64,000 nt of DNA from a virus (IMGVR_UViG_3300045740_000163:1-64000); one strand, 5' to 3'; counted from the stretch's first letter, positions 18,781-28,165 are shown. Made by a program: numbers and translations. The notes: a model not told the origin generated them from the letters alone.

Positions 18781-19302
18781 TTACATCCCCTGTGCGACAG
18801 TTTGAAGCGATGGATCAATATTAGGACGAGCTAAGTAACTTTGGAGAAACTGTTGAGCAACCCCAGAAGCAGCTTGAGCTCCCGTACCAGCAGCTTGAGC
18901 AATAGCAGGAATAGCTGCAACAGGAATTGCAACCTGAGCTTTAGCTAATTCACGAGCACCAGCTTCATCAGCTGAGATTCGAAGCTGTGCTTCACGCTCG
19001 TTAATAATATCTTGAGCGTTGAGCATAGGCAGCTCTTCGCCACCGGGGAGCATATTAAGCACCTGGCGACGCATATTCTCACCAGCAACAAACTTTTCGA
19101 TCTCCTTGACGTCTTGCAAGGTGATCATGTATTTGCTACCGGAGCTACCTTGAGGAGCCGGAGCTTCTAAACCACCGGTGGCGGCTTGAGCTAAACCCAT
19201 CCCTCCCGAAACAAGAAGGCTACCTAGCACTTCTTGAAGCAGACCTCCAGGGGTAAGGCCGCCCATCTTACCTACAGCAGCGGCAGGAATTTGCGGTGCC
19301 AT
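18781..19302 (-). CDS. putative internal virion protein
   Basis: Ala/Gly-rich; same architecture as its neighbours. Confidence 0.5.
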   Translation of the reverse strand: MAPQIPAAAVGKMGGLTPGGLLQEVLGSLLVSGGMGLAQAATGGLEAPAPQGSSGSKYMITLQDVKEIEKFVAGENMRRQVLNMLPGGEELPMLNAQDIINEREAQLRISADEAGARELAKAQVAIPVAAIPAIAQAAGTGAQAASGVAQQFLQSYLARPNIDPSLQTVAQGM

Positions 19303-19305
19303 TAA

Positions 19306-19545
19306 TCAATAACCCCCTGGATTGTCGTAACTAGTCCCACTAGGGGGCTTCTTAGTTAATTTTATAGGATCTTGCTGATTGTCGGTACTTACACCACGCT
19401 CGAGTTGCTCAGGCGAGGGATAAGCAGCAGTCTGAGGGAAATTACTTGCAATATATAGACGCATAAAAGTATTTGCGTCTAACGCAGGAGAGAGCTTACG
19501 AACATCCCTCTCTCTTAGCTGCTGCTGACGAGCGTTTAATTCCAT
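19306..19545 (-). CDS. hypothetical protein
   Basis: coupled 79-aa ORF. Confidence 0.55.
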   Translation of the reverse strand: MELNARQQQLRERDVRKLSPALDANTFMRLYIASNFPQTAAYPSPEQLERGVSTDNQQDPIKLTKKPPSGTSYDNPGGY

Positions 19546-20042
19546 CAGCTCAACTGTTGATAAGCGCGAGAAGGTTCGATGCCGTTAGACGATGGAGCGT
19601 TTAAAACGCTGTAGTTAGAACCAAGATTCGGGGTGTCGTACTCAAGAGGACGCTGAGAAGAGAGACGATCTGACTCTTCATCTTCTTGCTCAGCAAGTTG
19701 CTCTAAGAGCATCATGATCAAATTAAATTCCTCAGGATCTAAGGATGCGATCAGCTCCATGAGGTAGGCATCCTCGTGGGGACGCTCAGGCTCCGTCCGA
19801 AGACGAGATGCCAACTGTGCTTTCTGCATCGGCATCGTGTTGTCCGGATACCCGTTCAACGAACGAGTAGCACCTGTGTAAAAACCGTCGCCTTCCATAC
19901 CCGGCATCGGGGGAAGACCGCGACCAAACTGTCGAACGATTTGAGCGGTAGCAGGTGCGGCGGCTGCCATCTCCGCAGCAGTCTGAGGAACGGGGAGTCC
20001 AAGCACCCGAGCTGCTAATTCGTAATCAGCTTTAGAAAACAC
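19545..20042 (-). CDS. hypothetical protein
   Basis: 165-aa ORF, coupled to its neighbours. Confidence 0.6.
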   Translation of the reverse strand: MFSKADYELAARVLGLPVPQTAAEMAAAAPATAQIVRQFGRGLPPMPGMEGDGFYTGATRSLNGYPDNTMPMQKAQLASRLRTEPERPHEDAYLMELIASLDPEEFNLIMMLLEQLAEQEDEESDRLSSQRPLEYDTPNLGSNYSVLNAPSSNGIEPSRAYQQLS

Positions 20043-20304
20043 CGGACACTACCACAGCTTGTTCTTCTATCTTACCTTGTATCTTTAAAATATCGCCAGG
20101 AGCGCAACTAAGAGCCGTACAGAGCTTCTCTAAAACATCAGGTGATGGTATGTACGCAGGGTTTGTGTAGATCTTACGGGTTGTCGTTGGTGATAAGTCA
20201 GCTAGTTTGCTGAGGCCAAATGACGAGATATTTCTAGCGCTAAGCAAGGACTTTAAATTATTTACAAGACGTCCCCCGGCCGTATAAGAAGAATAAAAAG
20301 GCAT
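20032..20304 (-). CDS. XRE/Cro-C1 HTH transcriptional regulator
   Basis: LKSLLSARNIS..GLSK...LSPTT...LEKLCTALSCAPGDIL. Confidence 0.85.
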   Translation of the reverse strand: MPFYSSYTAGGRLVNNLKSLLSARNISSFGLSKLADLSPTTTRKIYTNPAYIPSPDVLEKLCTALSCAPGDILKIQGKIEEQAVVVSGVF

Positions 20305-20384
20305 CTTATGCGTTGAGTTTGTTCTACTCAGTTAGTTTAAGCCCTTCACCAATGTTCACTAAGTCCGTACTGGGATCCTCCCCA

Positions 20385-21152
20385 TCAGAAACCTAGGTGT
20401 TTGCGGCGAACAAACTCTAAATCGTACGTTGTAAAGTCAATAGGAAGCTCAGGGACATTGAAAGGTGTTTTATAGGTCTCACCGTCAACATGTGCCTGCC
20501 ACGCCTCGCTCCATTTCATATGGAGATACCTCTTGTTGAGCTCGTGTGCGACGTGAACGGCTGTCTGAAGTCGAGGCTCAGACCGCCAAGTCTGAGAACC
20601 GTCTGAGTAGTCTTTCTTCGTACCGTGGTAATACTCGTGATCCAGGCTTAAAACTCTCTTCAAGTCGTCATGGATAAAACGCATTCCATAATCCATGTCT
20701 TCGCAGTAGCCCGGATATAAGTTTTCATCAAACAAACCATACTTATTAACGACCCAATCTTTCAAAAGAAAGATATCCCAGCCGCCTGACCCGTGGATAA
20801 TCCCTGTTTCTTCGTCTTGAGCTTTTTCATTCATTTCTTGAAGAAAACCTGGCTCAAACATAATGTCGTGATTCGAGATTACCCAGTAAGGGGATCTCAT
20901 AAAACATTTAATGATTAAATTCCAAGCACCTGAACACCCAACGTTTGCTGGCATGTGCGTCACATGCACATTCTTTACGAACGGATTAGACAACTTGCGA
21001 ACATTTTCTACCGCGTCCGTAATCTGCCCTCTGCCGTTGTTATTAAATACGACGAAGTTATCGACTGGGTAGTCGATACTCATGAACAGTCTGTGCAGCC
21101 AGTAAGGGTTATTGACGATAGCTGTACCTAAAACCGGGATCGACTCGCGCAT
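20385..21152 (-). CDS. glycosyltransferase family 2-like
   Basis: NVGCSGAWN, SNHDI and GLFDENLYPGYCEDMDY motifs. Confidence 0.85.
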   Translation of the reverse strand: MRESIPVLGTAIVNNPYWLHRLFMSIDYPVDNFVVFNNNGRGQITDAVENVRKLSNPFVKNVHVTHMPANVGCSGAWNLIIKCFMRSPYWVISNHDIMFEPGFLQEMNEKAQDEETGIIHGSGGWDIFLLKDWVVNKYGLFDENLYPGYCEDMDYGMRFIHDDLKRVLSLDHEYYHGTKKDYSDGSQTWRSEPRLQTAVHVAHELNKRYLHMKWSEAWQAHVDGETYKTPFNVPELPIDFTTYDLEFVRRKHLGF

Positions 21153-21164
21153 ACGACTGATAAC

Positions 21165-21614
21165 TTATGTCAGCATGTTATCAGAAACTATCGCTTGGAA
21201 CAGGTTGCAGCCACGGGCATCCTCCGTCTCTGCCTCCGGTATATCAAACGAACAACCATAAGGAGTCAGGTGAGCACAATCACAGCAAGGTATGCCATCA
21301 GGCACAGACACAGCAACAGGCTCAGGAGTGGCTTCTCTTAGTGGAGGATTTACATCCCCAAATATCTGTTGTAACTGGGAAAACTTGGAACGCAGAGAAC
21401 GAAGCTCTTCGTACACACTTGAATCTACTTCGTATGTAGTGTATTTGTAATCACACGATAAACACACATATCTTCTTCGAACACCCTCGAAAACCTTCCG
21501 ACTCTCTTTTACCTTGGACTTTTGTTCGCCGCAGGCAGGACATTCTTTTAATTGTTGAACACTAAGGAGTCCAGAGATCTGTTCGGGTGTGTGCTTTTTC
21601 TTTTGAGGAGCCAT
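21165..21614 (-). CDS. NrdR-like zinc-ribbon protein
   Basis: CPACG..SKVKESR....RRRYVC.SC..KYTTYE plus a second C-terminal Cys cluster; start moved to ATG 21614 because the longer ORF runs into the tRNA. Confidence 0.75.
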   Translation of the reverse strand: MAPQKKKHTPEQISGLLSVQQLKECPACGEQKSKVKESRKVFEGVRRRYVCLSCDYKYTTYEVDSSVYEELRSLRSKFSQLQQIFGDVNPPLREATPEPVAVSVPDGIPCCDCAHLTPYGCSFDIPEAETEDARGCNLFQAIVSDNMLT

Positions 21615-21628
21615 AAAAGATTTGATAA

Positions 21629-21710
21629 TGCTGCAGGTGGGACTCGAACCCACATGAGATAAACTCAACGCATTTTAAGTGCGCAGCGTATACCATTCCG
21701 CCACTGCAGC
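21629..21710 (-). tRNA. tRNA-Leu(TAA), intronless
   Basis: GCTGCAG/CTGCAGC acceptor stem, GCGCA-CTTAAAA-TGCGT anticodon arm, long variable arm, GGTTCGAGTCC T-arm. Confidence 0.95.
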
Positions 21711-21733
21711 GGCATGAGGACTATAGCGATTAA

Positions 21734-21949
21734 TCAGGCGTCCTGGTCCTTTGTTTCGGATTTTTTCCAGGTTTCGTCGCCAGGCAACGGTTCTGTGCCG
21801 TACTCAAACGTGTCGTAGTCCTCGTCGTTACGGGGATCTTCTACAAACACGTAGTGCGTGGTCTCAGACTCAATAAACTCTTGTAAGTTAGACAGAGCCT
21901 GAGAGAGGAGGCTCTCCTCCTCAGGTGTCAGTTTTTCAGGCGTCGACAT
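21734..21949 (-). CDS. acidic hypothetical protein
   Basis: 71-aa ORF. Confidence 0.55.
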   Translation of the reverse strand: MSTPEKLTPEEESLLSQALSNLQEFIESETTHYVFVEDPRNDEDYDTFEYGTEPLPGDETWKKSETKDQDA

Positions 21950-21951
21950 GA

Positions 21952-22233
21952 TCAGCGGTAGATAGGGACGTAAGCATTAGCGATCCGGTGACACTGCCAG
22001 TCGTCGTACTTGCCGTACTTACTGAGCTGTGCCTGCATACACGTTGTCTTGATAGCGGTGTACTCGCGCCGACGCTCTCTCTGTATCTTACTTTTCTCAA
22101 GGAACCCAGGAATGCAGGCGACAAATAAAATAGTGAAAAAGATCAGCACAAAGTAAGTTGGTCCTTTCCAAGCGATGGCTGCCTGAACGGCGTGCCTAGA
22201 GTCGATGTTGATGTTGGTTGTCATGTGAGTCAC
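21952..22233 (-). CDS. small membrane protein
   Basis: one TM segment; preceded by a sigma70-type promoter. Confidence 0.55.
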   Translation of the reverse strand: MTHMTTNINIDSRHAVQAAIAWKGPTYFVLIFFTILFVACIPGFLEKSKIQRERRREYTAIKTTCMQAQLSKYGKYDDWQCHRIANAYVPIYR

Positions 22234-22247
22234 CTAGTGACACGACA

Positions 22248-22276
22248 AGCATACACGTCAGACTGGGGCCTGTCAA
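22248..22276 (-). promoter_or_regulatory. sigma70-type promoter
   Basis: TTGACA-17nt-TATGCT on the minus strand. Confidence 0.7.
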
Positions 22277-22316
22277 GAAAATCCTGCTACGATACTGACA
22301 CATCAAAGTTCTGCCC

Positions 22317-23030
22317 ATGACCACGACAAGCAAGCCGAGCTTCAAGGAGCTGATGGCTCAGCTGGGCGAGGAAACCGCAGCAGTCGCCCCCGTGGTCCAG
22401 ATCCAAGGTAAAAAGAAACTAGACGACCGGTATAACTTCAACCAAAGCTGGTACGACGCCCTTTTAAACACCGATATGGTGTTGTGCACCCGCGACGAAG
22501 CGGCAGAACTGCGCCTAAACCCCGCTGAAAAGCGTCAAATCGTCGAAATCGGTGTTTACGAAGGTGCTTCTAGCTGTTTTTGGTCCGATTTTTACCTCTC
22601 ACACCCCGAATCCCGCTTAACTTCGATCGATCCGTTCACCGGAAGCTCTGAGCACCACGAAAAACCGGAAAATTACCCAGAACTACCCAATATCGAGTTG
22701 ATTGCCCGTGGAAATATCGCCAAATCCGACAACGCAGCGAAAATCGAGATCATCAAAGGCTGCAGCTGGGACGTTTTTCCGGAACTGAACCGCCGAAATC
22801 AGGGCGAACCTTGGATCGACCTGCTTTATATCGACGGAGCTCACGATCCGACCTCTGTTGCAAGGGACACCACGCTGTTTGTCCCCATGGTTAAGAGTGG
22901 GGGCGTCGTTATTTTTGATGACTACGGCCATCCCGATGTTCAGCGCGGTGTCGATATGGCGCTCAACGCTTTCGCCTCGATGAAGCTGGCTGTGTTTACA
23001 GGCTGGCAACTCGTAACCAAGGTCGCATGA
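22317..23030 (+). CDS. class I SAM-dependent methyltransferase (Methyltransf_24-like)
   Basis: VEIGVYEGAS, IDPF, LYIDGAH and GGVVIFDDY motifs. Confidence 0.9.
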   Translation: MTTTSKPSFKELMAQLGEETAAVAPVVQIQGKKKLDDRYNFNQSWYDALLNTDMVLCTRDEAAELRLNPAEKRQIVEIGVYEGASSCFWSDFYLSHPESRLTSIDPFTGSSEHHEKPENYPELPNIELIARGNIAKSDNAAKIEIIKGCSWDVFPELNRRNQGEPWIDLLYIDGAHDPTSVARDTTLFVPMVKSGGVVIFDDYGHPDVQRGVDMALNAFASMKLAVFTGWQLVTKVA

Positions 23031-23242
23031 GTTCTGAAGACATCTGCCGCAACTGCCGGTACTTCCAGTTAACGCACGATGCGGAAGTCAACGGGACAGG
23101 ACAATGCCGCCGGTTTTCTCCTGTTCCCGTCTATATTCAATCTGCGCTGCTGCCACGGGCTCAATGGCCTCAGGTCAACGCAGACAAGGATTGGTGTGGA
23201 CAGTTCAAACCCCTTAAATCAAATCTCAAACGAGACACATGA
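23027..23242 (+). CDS. small Cys-rich (HiPIP-like pattern) protein
   Basis: CRNCRY...GQCRR..P...WP.V...DWCGQF. Confidence 0.65.
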   Translation: MSSEDICRNCRYFQLTHDAEVNGTGQCRRFSPVPVYIQSALLPRAQWPQVNADKDWCGQFKPLKSNLKRDT

Positions 23243-23318
23243 GATTGGCGCTTAAGGGGTTTCGGCCCGCGCCCCACACCTTTCCCCACCAGTAGCTGAG
23301 CACGTACGCAGTTTTTTC

Positions 23319-23564
23319 TTACACCCGCTGCCCTTCGTCTTCTACAGCTTGCTCCTTGGCCGCTTTTTTAGCATCCCAATCCGCTGGCTTTGTCCTTCGC
23401 GTCAACTGAGCTTTCCTCTCATCCACCAGGTGCCAGCTACTGACAAAACTCTGTTCTCCCCACGCTGCCTTAACCAAGATCCCGTAATCATCAACCCCAA
23501 TAACTTCGAAATCAGCCTCATCAAATAACACACAAGTCATATACTTTACTAACTCCCTGGGCAA
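23319..23564 (-). CDS. hypothetical protein
   Basis: 81-aa ORF; start uncertain. Confidence 0.45.
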   Translation of the reverse strand: MPRELVKYMTCVLFDEADFEVIGVDDYGILVKAAWGEQSFVSSWHLVDERKAQLTRRTKPADWDAKKAAKEQAVEDEGQRV

Positions 23565-23612
23565 ACATAAATGCTAAAGTGATAATACACCCTTAAAACT
23601 AAAGGGACTGAA

Positions 23613-24455
23613 GTGGCCAACGGAATTCAATACTTACCGACATATCGCTCTGGCTTCACTGGTCCTAGCGAACGGATTGGCGGCTCATCCCCGTATCACA
23701 TCGACCTTAAAGTCTTACAAACCCTTCCGCTGCAAGAACGAGTCCGCGCGATGGATTCGCTTGCTAACCAATACAGCTCAATTGGACGCGAAATTGAATT
23801 CTCCAACCAAGCTGTTTCTGGTCGTCGATGGAACCCAACAGCGCCCCTAGAAGAAAAAGTTAACTTACTCGAAGCTGCTGCCAAGGCCCACGCTCCGCGT
23901 AGCGGTTGGGATTCGTACGATTTTTACGTTCCCTTTAAAGGCAAATCCCGTTTTGACCCCGGCGCAGTCGAAGGTGCCTCAATTTATATTCCTGGTGTTC
24001 CTGGCGGCAAAATCACCCGTGGCTCAGGTGGTGGTTATGGGTTCTTCAGTGAAGCTGTAGACCCCGCCGGCCGTGTTGTGTTCCGTGTTGGCCACGGTGA
24101 CATCAACCGCCCCGAAACCGAAACTGAACTTGCTGTCGCAGAACAAGCTGCACAACAAAACCAGACAGCACAAAAACAAGATAAATCTGCTGAAGATCTG
24201 CTCAACGAAGCAATCGCAGCAGCTCTGAAGCCCGCACCGCCTGAATTCAAATCAAGCTATGCGGGCCCTAGCGAAGAAGAATTCCGCCGTCGTCGCAACC
24301 AACTTGAGAGCACCATGCTCGAACTGATGCTCGATCAAGCATCGCGCCAACAAGAACAACCCGCCACGCCTCAGCTCGGCCAAAACACAAGCGGTGCTCA
24401 AGCGGCAGCTATGGGACTTCGCAGCTTTGGGCAGATTCCAAAGTCAACGATTTAA
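23613..24455 (+). CDS. putative permuted M23/LytM-like peptidase-domain virion protein
   Basis: TG...GSSPYHID precedes H...D, GGGYG and VGHG; Gln/Ala-rich tail. Confidence 0.45.
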   Translation: MANGIQYLPTYRSGFTGPSERIGGSSPYHIDLKVLQTLPLQERVRAMDSLANQYSSIGREIEFSNQAVSGRRWNPTAPLEEKVNLLEAAAKAHAPRSGWDSYDFYVPFKGKSRFDPGAVEGASIYIPGVPGGKITRGSGGGYGFFSEAVDPAGRVVFRVGHGDINRPETETELAVAEQAAQQNQTAQKQDKSAEDLLNEAIAAALKPAPPEFKSSYAGPSEEEFRRRRNQLESTMLELMLDQASRQQEQPATPQLGQNTSGAQAAAMGLRSFGQIPKSTI

Positions 24456-24472
24456 GTCCGCTAAACCTCAAC

Positions 24473-24688
24473 TTACTCAGCCGCTTCGTAGCCCTCACCG
24501 GGAAACAGCGCGTGCAGGACGGACTCTACCTCAGATGCGGCTTTACGGCGACGATCAAGCTCCGCACATAATGCTTTTTTAATATTAGGAATAAATTTAT
24601 CAGCCATATCTTCATCAAAGTGTTCTAAAACACTTTCTTCTAACCTACTGTACACATTCTGCTCGTACGTTTCAGTTACGAACGACAT
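24473..24688 (-). CDS. hypothetical protein
   Basis: likely start at MSFVTETYEQ. Confidence 0.5.
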   Translation of the reverse strand: MSFVTETYEQNVYSRLEESVLEHFDEDMADKFIPNIKKALCAELDRRRKAASEVESVLHALFPGEGYEAAE

Positions 24689-24875
24689 CGTTCCAATGAC
24701 GGATGACACCCGCAACAATAAGGCAGTTCGTCACCAGATAGCTCACAAATATGAAAGTCCTGATCCAAGCCACACGGTCTGAGACCTTCGAGCACTCGTC
24801 AGCCTTAGGCCCCAGCGCACTCGCCCAAATCTTAAACGCCTTCTGCCTACGGCGCATAAATCGATCAAGTCTCAA
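24672..24875 (-). CDS. conserved cyanophage-type small membrane protein
   Basis: W..ALG.K.......D.VA.IRT.IF.SYLVTN..IVAGVIRHW. Confidence 0.7.
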   Translation of the reverse strand: MRLDRFMRRRQKAFKIWASALGPKADECSKVSDRVAWIRTFIFVSYLVTNCLIVAGVIRHWNDVVRN

Positions 24876-25157
24876 CTAAGTCTATCGACCTTAAAATTAT
24901 CGAATATCCAGCTCGCCATCTTCGTCCCAAGTCATGCTGTGCATAAGTTGGTAGTTAGGTTCTTTCATGTGCCGTGTGGCTACAGGTGTCCCAGCACGGT
25001 TTGTATGAGCTCTAGGAGACAAAGCCAACAGCTTGCCAAATTGCGTCGTGATTCGATCAAACGCTTTACAGGGATCCCCCACAGCTTCCTTGCGTGTCCT
25101 TTACTCTAGTAAGCCTTGCGCCGCAGGGGATCTCAGCTTTGTAAAAACATTACGTAT

Positions 25158-25646
25158 TTACACACCACCCAAGGGGTAGCCCTGCTTCCTGAGGTTCCTG
25201 CGAGCGCGATCAATCTTGCCGCTTTCTCGAAGCTGCTGAATAAAGTCAGCCAACTGAGCAAAAGACTCAGGAGACTCAGGACCGCCTACATCAACGTCAG
25301 CAGGGGCGACTCCTTTAAAAGGAACATAGCCAGCAACTAGTCCACGATCAAGCATAAACAGATCTAAAAATGTTTTAGCTGCACGATCTGCGTCTTCGAT
25401 TTTCCTTATAAAGTCAGGGCCGAGAGAATCTACGGAAGCAGTACGAGGGATTTCACTAATTCCATAATCTGTAGGGGTATCGGCAATAATCCCACCACCG
25501 CTACCGGGACCACGTCGACGAGCCCTATCAAGGAGATCAATCTCCATGGTGTACTTATCTTCAGGGCGAAAAACTAGATCTCTAGTACTGTAAGAATCTT
25601 CGCCAGGCCGAAAAACAAGGTCCCTCAACATGCTGCTCTTCGGCAA
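25158..25646 (-). CDS. hypothetical protein
   Basis: 162 aa; tandem RDLVFRP(G)ED repeat at the N-terminus. Confidence 0.55.
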   Translation of the reverse strand: MPKSSMLRDLVFRPGEDSYSTRDLVFRPEDKYTMEIDLLDRARRRGPGSGGGIIADTPTDYGISEIPRTASVDSLGPDFIRKIEDADRAAKTFLDLFMLDRGLVAGYVPFKGVAPADVDVGGPESPESFAQLADFIQQLRESGKIDRARRNLRKQGYPLGGV

Positions 25647-25856
25647 TAAACCTCAATCTATTTTAGAGCCTCCTAAAGGAGTTAAACGCTCCATAGTAGT
25701 TATTTTGCTGCTGTGGGCCGTAGGCTTTGTGATTATGTACTTAGACAATATCTGCCTACAAGTCATTCGCTTCAAGAATTACTGCTGCAACAACAAGCAT
25801 CAGTAAAACAAAAAGAGTGCCAATCAAAAAGATGACTGGCCAAACCACAGAGGTCA

Positions 25857-26705
25857 TTAAGCAGGCTCCGGCAACAATCCGCGCTTCTCAGCTAAGCGGT
25901 ATGCAAGATCCGGATGTGCTTCGACCCAAGTCATCAGAGCTTCGGGGGACATGCCTTCAACAGCTCCACCCTCATAAAGACGGCGCTGAAGCTCGCCACC
26001 TTTAGCCATCTCAGCTCCCAGAACACGCTGGCGCGCATAGAGTTGGGCTAATTCGTTCATAGCCTGCGGCTGAGCCTGCGCTTGAGGCTGAGGTGTTGGA
26101 GAGGCAGGAACCTCACGAGTCACAGGAGGGCGCCGTTCTTCAACAGGACGTCGAGATGCCGGGGGTGTTGCATCACGTCGTGGCTGTACATCCTGGGTCT
26201 CAGCATTTGCAACCCTAGGACTAAACCTATCAATACGATACTCACCCATTAATACTGTGCCGTCGTCGTACCTTACAGGACGCGGAGGGCCGTAATCGTC
26301 AGCAATATACACACCAGGAGGGCGTCGGTCTATAGCTTGCTCAAAAGCTTGCTGCTTAGCCACACGGGAAACCATGTCCTCGCGAGAGTTATAACCAAGA
26401 CGTTGCCAGTTGCTATACGGATCGTCCGATTGGGGAGTACTTCCGGCAAGACTTGCTGTGATATTAAGCGGACCAGAAGCAAGGTATAATCCAGTATCTA
26501 TAATCTTTTTAACAGGATTCTCTTTTGGCAAGAATTCACTAGCGACAATTCCTGCGATTTCCGGCCTGAAACCAATAGTAGGTCGCACATAGCTACTACC
26601 TAAAGCCCGACCAGCTAAACGAACTGGTGCAGACTGAGTAACTGCCTGAACAGCTTGAGAAGTTTTAGCGGTTAGTGCTCTTTTAAGATCCTCAAGCCAG
26701 CTCAC
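25857..26705 (-). CDS. hypothetical protein, probable virion protein
   Basis: 282 aa; C-terminal WVEAHPDLAY motif shared with 87..1877. Confidence 0.6.
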   Translation of the reverse strand: MSWLEDLKRALTAKTSQAVQAVTQSAPVRLAGRALGSSYVRPTIGFRPEIAGIVASEFLPKENPVKKIIDTGLYLASGPLNITASLAGSTPQSDDPYSNWQRLGYNSREDMVSRVAKQQAFEQAIDRRPPGVYIADDYGPPRPVRYDDGTVLMGEYRIDRFSPRVANAETQDVQPRRDATPPASRRPVEERRPPVTREVPASPTPQPQAQAQPQAMNELAQLYARQRVLGAEMAKGGELQRRLYEGGAVEGMSPEALMTWVEAHPDLAYRLAEKRGLLPEPA

Positions 26706-26757
26706 TTTTAATCAAACTATCTCTCAGCAATAATTATAAGCGGGTTATAAGGCTAAT

Positions 26758-26780
26758 AAAAAAGGGGGCGTAACCCCCCT
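26758..26780 (-). terminator. intrinsic terminator
   Basis: G/C-rich hairpin followed by a T-run on the minus strand. Confidence 0.65.
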
Positions 26781-26923
26781 GAAGACCTTATCCTCCGTCC
26801 CCTCGTAGGAGACATTTGTACGATAACAACTCAGAAGCCAGAGGCAAGAGGCAGTTACACAGGTTAATAAAAACCAAGGTGAGCTCAAAACTCAGCTAGA
26901 GAGATCGTGCTGACTCAAGTGAA

Positions 26924-27829
26924 CTAGCGACCACCGCGAAGGTAATTACCGGGTGCCGAATGGCCTCCGCGAACATTCTTTTGGAAGATTTGATTCCCAA
27001 TCCGTACATCAGCTCGCTGAAGAGCCGAAGCATCTACACCAGTTCCGCGCCGCCTTGCAATCTCCTCAGCCACGGCTTGCCTATTGATAGGCATACCCAT
27101 GCGCAGAGCTAATGCGGGGTTCGCAGAAATATCATAATTGGACGTTACCGTCTCAGATCCAGCCTTACTCAGGGGATCGAAATTGGGATTGCGCTGAGTC
27201 TGGAACGCTGTAGCCCACTCGTTATAGCTACTAGGTGTCAACTTACCGGAGAAAGTAAATTGAGGATTGTTGATGGTGCCGCCACCAGTTACATATTCAG
27301 GCATCATGCTGCCTGTAACACCACCGGCGGTTGTAGTTTGCCCAAACTGTTCAGGATTAGGATGAGGCATAAGGTAGCGCTTCATACCCATTGAAGCGAT
27401 ACGTGCAGTATTTCTAGCCATCGCTTCGGACACTTCGTGCATCTTGCCTTTAAACGATCCATAGCCACGATTATCCTGCACATAAAATTTGCCATCACGC
27501 TGCTCGATTTTTGGCATAAAGCCCGCGTAGGACCCGTAAGGATCCAAGATAGTCTTGCCTTCAGCGGTTTTACCGAAGCCAATATCTCCTAAATCACCGA
27601 CCATCGAACCGCCTGCAGGAGCACTGGCGGCATTTGTGCCAGCTTCCATCATGGTGGTGGGGTTAATCTCCTGGAATCCAGTAGAAGTTCCAGTAGATGC
27701 GGTATCAGGATTCGTTTTAACGGGAGTAAAACCCTGTAGATACTGGCTTAAAAAATCCTGTGGGCTGCTTGAAGAGCCAAAACCCCTACGAGAACGCTTG
27801 AAACCTGCAGAAGAAGGAGTTTGGGCCAC
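26924..27829 (-). CDS. Gly/Thr/Ser-rich hypothetical protein
   Basis: 301-aa ORF with TATAAT upstream. Confidence 0.6.
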   Translation of the reverse strand: MAQTPSSAGFKRSRRGFGSSSSPQDFLSQYLQGFTPVKTNPDTASTGTSTGFQEINPTTMMEAGTNAASAPAGGSMVGDLGDIGFGKTAEGKTILDPYGSYAGFMPKIEQRDGKFYVQDNRGYGSFKGKMHEVSEAMARNTARIASMGMKRYLMPHPNPEQFGQTTTAGGVTGSMMPEYVTGGGTINNPQFTFSGKLTPSSYNEWATAFQTQRNPNFDPLSKAGSETVTSNYDISANPALALRMGMPINRQAVAEEIARRRGTGVDASALQRADVRIGNQIFQKNVRGGHSAPGNYLRGGR

Positions 27830-27877
27830 AACACTTAAGTATTTAACACCATTATAAACAACAATTTAATTGGTAAA

Positions 27878-27950
27878 TCGCGAGGGACGGAATCGAACCG
27901 CCCGTTTCTGAGCTATCTGCTCAGCGTTCTTCCTCTTGAACTACTCACGC
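27878..27950 (-). tRNA. atypical tRNA-Ile(GAT)
   Basis: cloverleaf with D-arm GTTC/GAAC, anticodon arm CTGAG-CAGATAG-CTCAG and T-loop TTCGATT; A at position 33; irregular acceptor/T-stem split. Confidence 0.7.
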
Positions 27951-27982
27951 AGCCCGATACCAGTGGTAGAGCGGGAACTTTT

Positions 27983-28144
27983 TCACTTTAGCGTGGTGTT
28001 CTCGTGCGAATAACGAGGATCGATTTCCACGCCGCGATAGACACACCGGGGGCTTGCTTCACGGGTCGCTTTTTGCCACTCAAGCACCTCTTTCTGGTGC
28101 TCAACAGTGTCATACTGTTTGCCGCGATACGTTAAAACAGTCAT
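27983..28144 (-). CDS. DUF4278 family small protein
   Basis: MTVLTYRGKQY...CVYRGV duplicated YRG motif; start set at ATG 28144. Confidence 0.8.
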   Translation of the reverse strand: MTVLTYRGKQYDTVEHQKEVLEWQKATREASPRCVYRGVEIDPRYSHENTTLK

Positions 28145-28165
28145 GGGTAGCCTGTAACTCCCTAC

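Noticed and set aside
21629-21710. Group I intron in tRNA-Leu(UAA), as in many cyanobacteria
   Set aside because: The anticodon loop is continuous
27953-27982. AGTGGTAGAGC D-loop-like string on the + strand
   Set aside because: No anticodon or T arm; better explained as part of a small hairpin between DUF4278 and the tRNA
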